DNA from: an uncultured Gammaproteobacteria bacterium
GTDB lineage: Bacteria > Patescibacteriota > Patescibacteriia > Magasanikbacterales > JBBTQS01
Assembly (NCBI GenBank): GCA_964627525.1
Contig: CAZVIA010000002.1
Span: 59,262-123,261 of the forward strand
Length of the DNA stretch: 64,000 nt
Direction: 5' to 3'
Position numbers and translations under genes: made by a program. Position 1 is the stretch's first letter. The number at the start of each line of letters is the position of its first letter. A model generated the notes under the pieces. The model ran no database searches and was not told the DNA's origin. It saw only the letters and a list, made by a program, of their open reading frames with translations. Shown piece after piece: positions 58,928 to 64,000 of the stretch.

Positions 58928-61006
58928 AATCTCCAAATATTGATTTGCAGAATCAATATCCCCCACTTCAATAAATACATCAGCAGCAGCCTTAATAAAA
59001 ATTACTTTCTTTGGATCGTCAAACCCCATTTCCAGAGGGATTTTAAAGTATTCTGCAGATTTATCATACATTTCAAATCCAGCATAAAACATTGCCAAGC
59101 GCCAATAAGATTCCATGACATCTGGATTTAACTCAATTGCTTTTAACAAAATCTTCTCCCCTTCCCCAAACATACTTAGCATCATTGAGGTCTGCCCAAG
59201 TTCATACATTATTTGTTGTCTTTCAGGTGAATAGCTTAAAATATTTTTATAAATATTATTAGCCTCTACTAAATAACCTGCAACACCTTCATACAATCCA
59301 GCTTGAAAATATAACTGCCCAAGTATAATACCCGATCTTATGTCATATGGATGCATTAGTATTTCTTTTTTCAAATCTTCAGTTACAACAGGATAAACAA
59401 TTTTATAATAACGATCCATTAAATCAGGATTCCCCGTACTTAAAACACTTTTTACTTGCATAGCAAACCCACGAACAATATCATCTCTGTGCGGTGTTGG
59501 AATTTGTTTTGCTATTTCATAATTTTGCAATGCTGTTATAAAAGCATTCCCTTTTTGATTTGCATCAACAGTTGTATATGGCAACACATCATGAAGAATC
59601 ATATTTGCTTTTGCTGGAAAAATATTAAATCTATAAATTAAAAATATAGCAAACACTAAAGTCACTACACCCACACCCCATGCAATACTTTTAACTTTTA
59701 CATAACCAGTTTCTTCAACTTCATTTTTATTACCTAGAGAATCAACAAAAGCCAACAACAAAAAGAAATACAAATACGAAGAAACATTTTCAAACACAAA
59801 TAAATTATGTACAAAATGTCCTATCCAAAAAGCATACATTAAATAACCAACATATTTTAAATCTGGATGTCTCTTGATTAATTTATGTGTGGACCACAAT
59901 GCAAAAACAAATAATAATAAATACACTAACAAACCCACGACACCTTGTGTTGCCAAAGTATTTAATAAAATATTATGTGCATTATCAAACCAAGTTTCAT
60001 TCATTCCAAAACTCAGAAATTCAGGATTATAATATTGGTTAAAAGCAAAAAAGAAATTATTTGGACCCCATCCAAAAACAGGATATTCTTTTGATGCTTC
60101 AACAGCTATTTCCCAAGCCATTGCACGAGTTTTTCCACTACCTTGTGTAAAAGAAAATTGTGTTAAACGATACAAATAGGTGTTTCCTTTAACAAAATCT
60201 GTGTCGCGCATCATAAACAAAGTTCCCCCAAACAACACACCAACAGCTAATAATCCTATAGCAACACTTCTCCATTTTTTTGCCAATGAATCAGTTTTTG
60301 CTAACAACACCAACAAAACAACACCAGCAACTCCAACACCTAACCAAGTACCACGAGTTTGTGTTAACAAAACAATCAACAAAGAAATTACTGCATATGA
60401 CGCCCACAAAACTTTTTCCCAATTTATTTTTGATTTAATAAACAACATCATGCTTATTGCAGCTGTAAACATTGCATAAGCACTTACATAAATTGTGTTA
60501 CCAAAAGTTGATCGCACACGCTCACTACCTTGATTTAACAAATATTCAGGATCAATCAATTGATAAAAAGCTATCAACCAAATAGGTATTGCTAAAACAA
60601 GAATCCACACAAATAACCATTTCCATTCTCTCCACTCTGTAAAAACCTGTCGCCCAACTAAATATAAGACTAAATAATGTAACATTGTATACAAGCCCAA
60701 CATCCTTTCGTGGTTATCCCACAAACTATGATAAGAATCTACACCAGTAAAACTTGAAATTAAAAATGAAACAAAAAACAATAATACACCAACCAGCAAA
60801 AAACTTTTATAAGGTTTTGCTTGCTTCCAAAATCCAACTAAATAAAAAACATAAACAACCAACAGCAAAGAAATCAAAATCCTAAAGTAAATCATTTTTG
60901 GCACAACAAAAGGAAAAACATAATGATTTAAACTAACTATCAAAGGGGTTATAAAAGCCAAAGCTATAAATCCTTGTAAAAATCTTTTTATCCAAATTGA
61001 TTTCAT
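58901..61006 (-). CDS. O-antigen ligase-like (Wzy_C) membrane protein with C-terminal TPRs
   Basis: RVRSTFGN, TQTRGTWLG, PVFGWGPNNF, DNAHN..L; TPR-like tail. Confidence 0.88.
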   Translation of the reverse strand: MKSIWIKRFLQGFIALAFITPLIVSLNHYVFPFVVPKMIYFRILISLLLVVYVFYLVGFWKQAKPYKSFLLVGVLLFFVSFLISSFTGVDSYHSLWDNHERMLGLYTMLHYLVLYLVGRQVFTEWREWKWLFVWILVLAIPIWLIAFYQLIDPEYLLNQGSERVRSTFGNTIYVSAYAMFTAAISMMLFIKSKINWEKVLWASYAVISLLIVLLTQTRGTWLGVGVAGVVLLVLLAKTDSLAKKWRSVAIGLLAVGVLFGGTLFMMRDTDFVKGNTYLYRLTQFSFTQGSGKTRAMAWEIAVEASKEYPVFGWGPNNFFFAFNQYYNPEFLSFGMNETWFDNAHNILLNTLATQGVVGLLVYLLLFVFALWSTHKLIKRHPDLKYVGYLMYAFWIGHFVHNLFVFENVSSYLYFFLLLAFVDSLGNKNEVEETGYVKVKSIAWGVGVVTLVFAIFLIYRFNIFPAKANMILHDVLPYTTVDANQKGNAFITALQNYEIAKQIPTPHRDDIVRGFAMQVKSVLSTGNPDLMDRYYKIVYPVVTEDLKKEILMHPYDIRSGIILGQLYFQAGLYEGVAGYLVEANNIYKNILSYSPERQQIMYELGQTSMMLSMFGEGEKILLKAIELNPDVMESYWRLAMFYAGFEMYDKSAEYFKIPLEMGFDDPKKVIFIKAAADVFIEVGDIDSANQYLEILGEQVSVE

Positions 61007-61010
61007 AAAA

Positions 61011-63254
61011 TTATTTTTGTTCTAATTGTTCTAAACTATTTATAAAAACCTGTGCATCATTTGCCATTTCAGGATAATCACGTATAACACGCCTTGCTAC
61101 TTCTTTAGCATCTTCAACACGACCAACTGCCGCATAAGCTGCAGCTAATCTTGTGTGCCAATCTGGTATTACATTTCCACTAGTTGTTATATATTCATAA
61201 AACCAAACCAAACCATCTAAATTATCAACTTTAACATAAGCTTGTGCAATAATTTCACGCTGACTATCATTTTCAATATTAAACCCCAAGTCAATTGCTT
61301 TTCTAATAAATATCAAACCTTCCTCTGTATTCCCTATTTTCAAATTTATAAAAGCCAAATGCCATGCTGTCATTTCTGAATTAGGAGACCATTCATTAAT
61401 CTTATATATAACTTGTTTTGCTTCTTCAAAACGACTCTGGAAAATAAAAGACTGTGCAATTAAAAACCAAGCTTCTTCTCTACGCGGACTTATTTCAGTT
61501 GCAAGCACAAATAATTCATGTGCCCTATTTACTTTTTCAATATCTTTAGTTGCAACAGCTAACTGATAATAATATTTTCCCAAAAAACTTGTGTTTATAT
61601 AATTTGTATTCTGTGCAACTAACTCCTCTCCATACTCAGCAAATTTTTCAATATCAGCACGCCACAAAACTCGCATAGGTTCTGGCAAATCAAACTCACT
61701 TTGGTTTGGAGTATCTTCATAAACCATTGACGCTGCAGATTCAGCAGCCCATCGCCAACGCGCAAAATCATAAGGTGTATAAATATCAAATGCCTCTAAC
61801 AGTAACGGTCGAGCACGCACCCAATCATTTATATATGTATATTGCAAACCAGTATTAGTAGTTATAGAAGATTTCAAAGGTAAATAATTATATCTCATAA
61901 TTAAAAACCCTGAAAACAAAATCACAACAACCATAATTAAATTTCTTGGAAAACCTTTTAACACAAAACCCTCACTGCAATTAGTTTTTTTATTTAATAA
62001 TTTAAAACTTAACCACAACACATAAGCAACACAATAACCTGCCAAAATAAATGATGTTCCAGTTTCAAACAAGAAAAAATCCTGAACCAAATATGCAACA
62101 CCTAACCCAATCCAAACAGAAAACTCTGTTCTTGAAATTAATTCTTTTTTATTAGCCTTAACCAAAACCACAATCAACATCACACCAATAAATAAATACA
62201 AAACACCACCAACAAAACCATTATCAACAACTACTTCCAAAAAAGCATTGTGCGGCTTGTCTGAAAAAGTTTCTATGTAAGACAATTCAGTCAAAGCATT
62301 GTCAAAATGCTCATCAACAACATAACGATAATTTTGAGACCCCCAACCTAAAACAGGTTTTGCTTTTATTCCTTCCCATGCCATTGACCAGTTTATAGCA
62401 CGACTAGACAAACTTGTTGTTCCTGAAATTCTAGAAAAAGGAGTTGACTGAACAAAATCAGTATTTCTAAAAACAATTAATAAAGCTCCCATCAAAACAC
62501 CAACAACAACCAAAACAAAAAACAATCTCCGCCAAAGTTTTTTCCAATTTTTAGATAATAATAATAAAAACACAGTACCACCAAAAAACAACCCCAACAT
62601 CGGACCTCTAGGCACAGCCAACATAAAAGCAATTAACAAAATACAAGTTCCAACTATCAATCCCCCACGAATTAATTTACTAGAATTCCAATGCCACACC
62701 AATGGCACAAAAAACATATTTACCATTAAATAAGTTCCTAAAAACAATGGATTTCCCAATGAACTAGAAATACGATCAGCAGAAAAATTTGGATACAAAG
62801 AAGGTAAAAAATATTGCACAATTCCCAAAACAGCAACCACAATACTAATTAACAAACTTGCACTAAACAAAAGTCGCCAATCTTTTTTCCCAAAAACACC
62901 ACTGGAAAAAATCAAAATAAAAGCCAAAACATGCAACTGAAAAAACAAACCAGTTGAACGAACCATTTGCCCAAAAAAACTTAACTGCACGTCTACCCCA
63001 GCAAAAGCTGCAACAACCTGCACAATAAAAAACAACAACAAACCAATAATCAAAGCATTTTTTCGCGGACGTGATTTGGGAAATTTCATCCAAACATATG
63101 CAATCACAAGCAAAGCCAAAATAACCAAAACTTGATAAGCAACTGTTTTTGGATAAGAAATTGGATACAATGAATATTTTACATAAAGTAAAGGAATAGC
63201 CGTTGTCAACAAAGCAACACCCAACAAAATTTTCTTAGCAATATTATTTTGCAT
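61011..63254 (-). CDS. O-antigen ligase-like (Wzy_C) membrane protein with C-terminal TPRs
   Basis: RISSSLGNP, PRG, PVLGWGSQNY, DKPHNAFLE; TPR-like tail. Confidence 0.88.
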   Translation of the reverse strand: MQNNIAKKILLGVALLTTAIPLLYVKYSLYPISYPKTVAYQVLVILALLVIAYVWMKFPKSRPRKNALIIGLLLFFIVQVVAAFAGVDVQLSFFGQMVRSTGLFFQLHVLAFILIFSSGVFGKKDWRLLFSASLLISIVVAVLGIVQYFLPSLYPNFSADRISSSLGNPLFLGTYLMVNMFFVPLVWHWNSSKLIRGGLIVGTCILLIAFMLAVPRGPMLGLFFGGTVFLLLLSKNWKKLWRRLFFVLVVVGVLMGALLIVFRNTDFVQSTPFSRISGTTSLSSRAINWSMAWEGIKAKPVLGWGSQNYRYVVDEHFDNALTELSYIETFSDKPHNAFLEVVVDNGFVGGVLYLFIGVMLIVVLVKANKKELISRTEFSVWIGLGVAYLVQDFFLFETGTSFILAGYCVAYVLWLSFKLLNKKTNCSEGFVLKGFPRNLIMVVVILFSGFLIMRYNYLPLKSSITTNTGLQYTYINDWVRARPLLLEAFDIYTPYDFARWRWAAESAASMVYEDTPNQSEFDLPEPMRVLWRADIEKFAEYGEELVAQNTNYINTSFLGKYYYQLAVATKDIEKVNRAHELFVLATEISPRREEAWFLIAQSFIFQSRFEEAKQVIYKINEWSPNSEMTAWHLAFINLKIGNTEEGLIFIRKAIDLGFNIENDSQREIIAQAYVKVDNLDGLVWFYEYITTSGNVIPDWHTRLAAAYAAVGRVEDAKEVARRVIRDYPEMANDAQVFINSLEQLEQK

Positions 63255-64000
63255 AATTTATGTTATATCTTTCTTCAATATTAAAACCCATTTGCTTAGC
63301 TTCCTCAAAAACCCGCAACTCCATTTCTTTATCACCCTTAACACCATAAGCCAAACCTAAATACAAATACGTATCCTCAATTTCTGGATGTTGATTTTTT
63401 TTCTCAACCAAAATCTCAATCGCCTCATCAAACTTTCTTTGCTCTAACAAAGTTTTCGCATAATTATAATAAATATGCATTTGATCCGGAGAAATTTCCA
63501 ATAATTTTTTATATAAATTTTCTGACTTCTCAAACCATGCACCATTATCCAAACTATCCCCTACTTCAGAATATAATTGCGCTAATAAAAACCCTCTGAA
63601 CACATGAATTTCACCAGCACCTTCACCCAACTTCACACACTGCTCTTGTTTATTTAAAATTAAATCAACAGCATCATAAACAAAAGCACGCGGAATTTCT
63701 TTCAGCACTTTTAATTCCAACCAATCTTTTGTGTGACGATCCCAATAATCACATTTATACGGTGAAAAATTTGTGCCTAATAATTTTACATTGATTTCTT
63801 GCCAATCAAACCACTGTGAATGATGCAAAGCATAATTTGACTGAAAATATCGTACAGCACTTAAAGCAAAGCACACATTCCCAATCAAAAACACAACAAC
63901 TAATATAACACCCCCAACTTTTAACCACACTGCAGTTTTATTTTTTTCAAAACTTTCACTGGTCATCCAAACCAACCAACCAAACAAAACCCAAAAAAAC
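63244..64000 (-). CDS. C-terminal TM + TPR part of a probable third O-antigen ligase-like protein (5' truncated by window)
   Basis: Frame open to the window end; last TMs followed by TPR helices (LLEISP, YLYLGLAYG) as in the two neighbours. Confidence 0.7.
   Translation of the reverse strand, partial: FFWVLFGWLVWMTSESFEKNKTAVWLKVGGVILVVVFLIGNVCFALSAVRYFQSNYALHHSQWFDWQEINVKLLGTNFSPYKCDYWDRHTKDWLELKVLKEIPRAFVYDAVDLILNKQEQCVKLGEGAGEIHVFRGFLLAQLYSEVGDSLDNGAWFEKSENLYKKLLEISPDQMHIYYNYAKTLLEQRKFDEAIEILVEKKNQHPEIEDTYLYLGLAYGVKGDKEMELRVFEEAKQMGFNIEERYNINYAK

Noticed and set aside
127-63093. Numerous short antisense or overlapping ORFs in the ORF track
   Set aside because: They are shadows of well-supported genes on another strand or frame and have no motifs or expression signals
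1-64000. CRISPR array, rRNA, IS/transposase, prophage or alternative genetic code
   Set aside because: No regularly spaced repeats or such proteins are seen; TGA terminates intact genes (e.g. 14991, 43088), so the standard code fits

Overview
AT-rich bacterial chromosome segment in the standard genetic code (TGA is a stop). Gene content and the lack of Shine-Dalgarno (SD) motifs before most genes suggest a Patescibacteria/Parcubacteria (CPR) genome; this is an inference. About 1-17 kb holds housekeeping, lipid and cell-wall genes: glyA 3' end, folD, tsaE, a cardiolipin-type PLD, znuACB, tRNA-Glu(CTC), a CarS-like CDP-lipid synthase, a CDP-alcohol phosphatidyltransferase, murF, a class B PBP, a CCA-adding enzyme and murE. 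About 17-64 kb is a large surface-glycan locus: nucleotide-sugar enzymes, neuBCA-type nonulosonate genes, tailoring enzymes, many GT4/GT2, Wzx, a priming transferase and three tandem O-antigen-ligase-like/TPR genes. It also contains a subtilase and an orphan SMODS/CD-NTase nucleotidyltransferase. The most unusual signal is a dispersed set of about six compositionally distinct, self-contained expression units. Each has a near-consensus sigma70 promoter, orphan cargo and a terminator with an NAAC-containing loop; the coding ones have a strong SD. Two adjacent units (29.8-32.3 kb) share a structured leader and trailer with exactly conserved spacing around unrelated genes. One unit appears to encode a ~240-nt multi-helix ncRNA and another an unlisted 39-aa peptide. 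A four-copy REP-like palindrome family is also present. No CRISPR, rRNA, transposase or integrase was seen.
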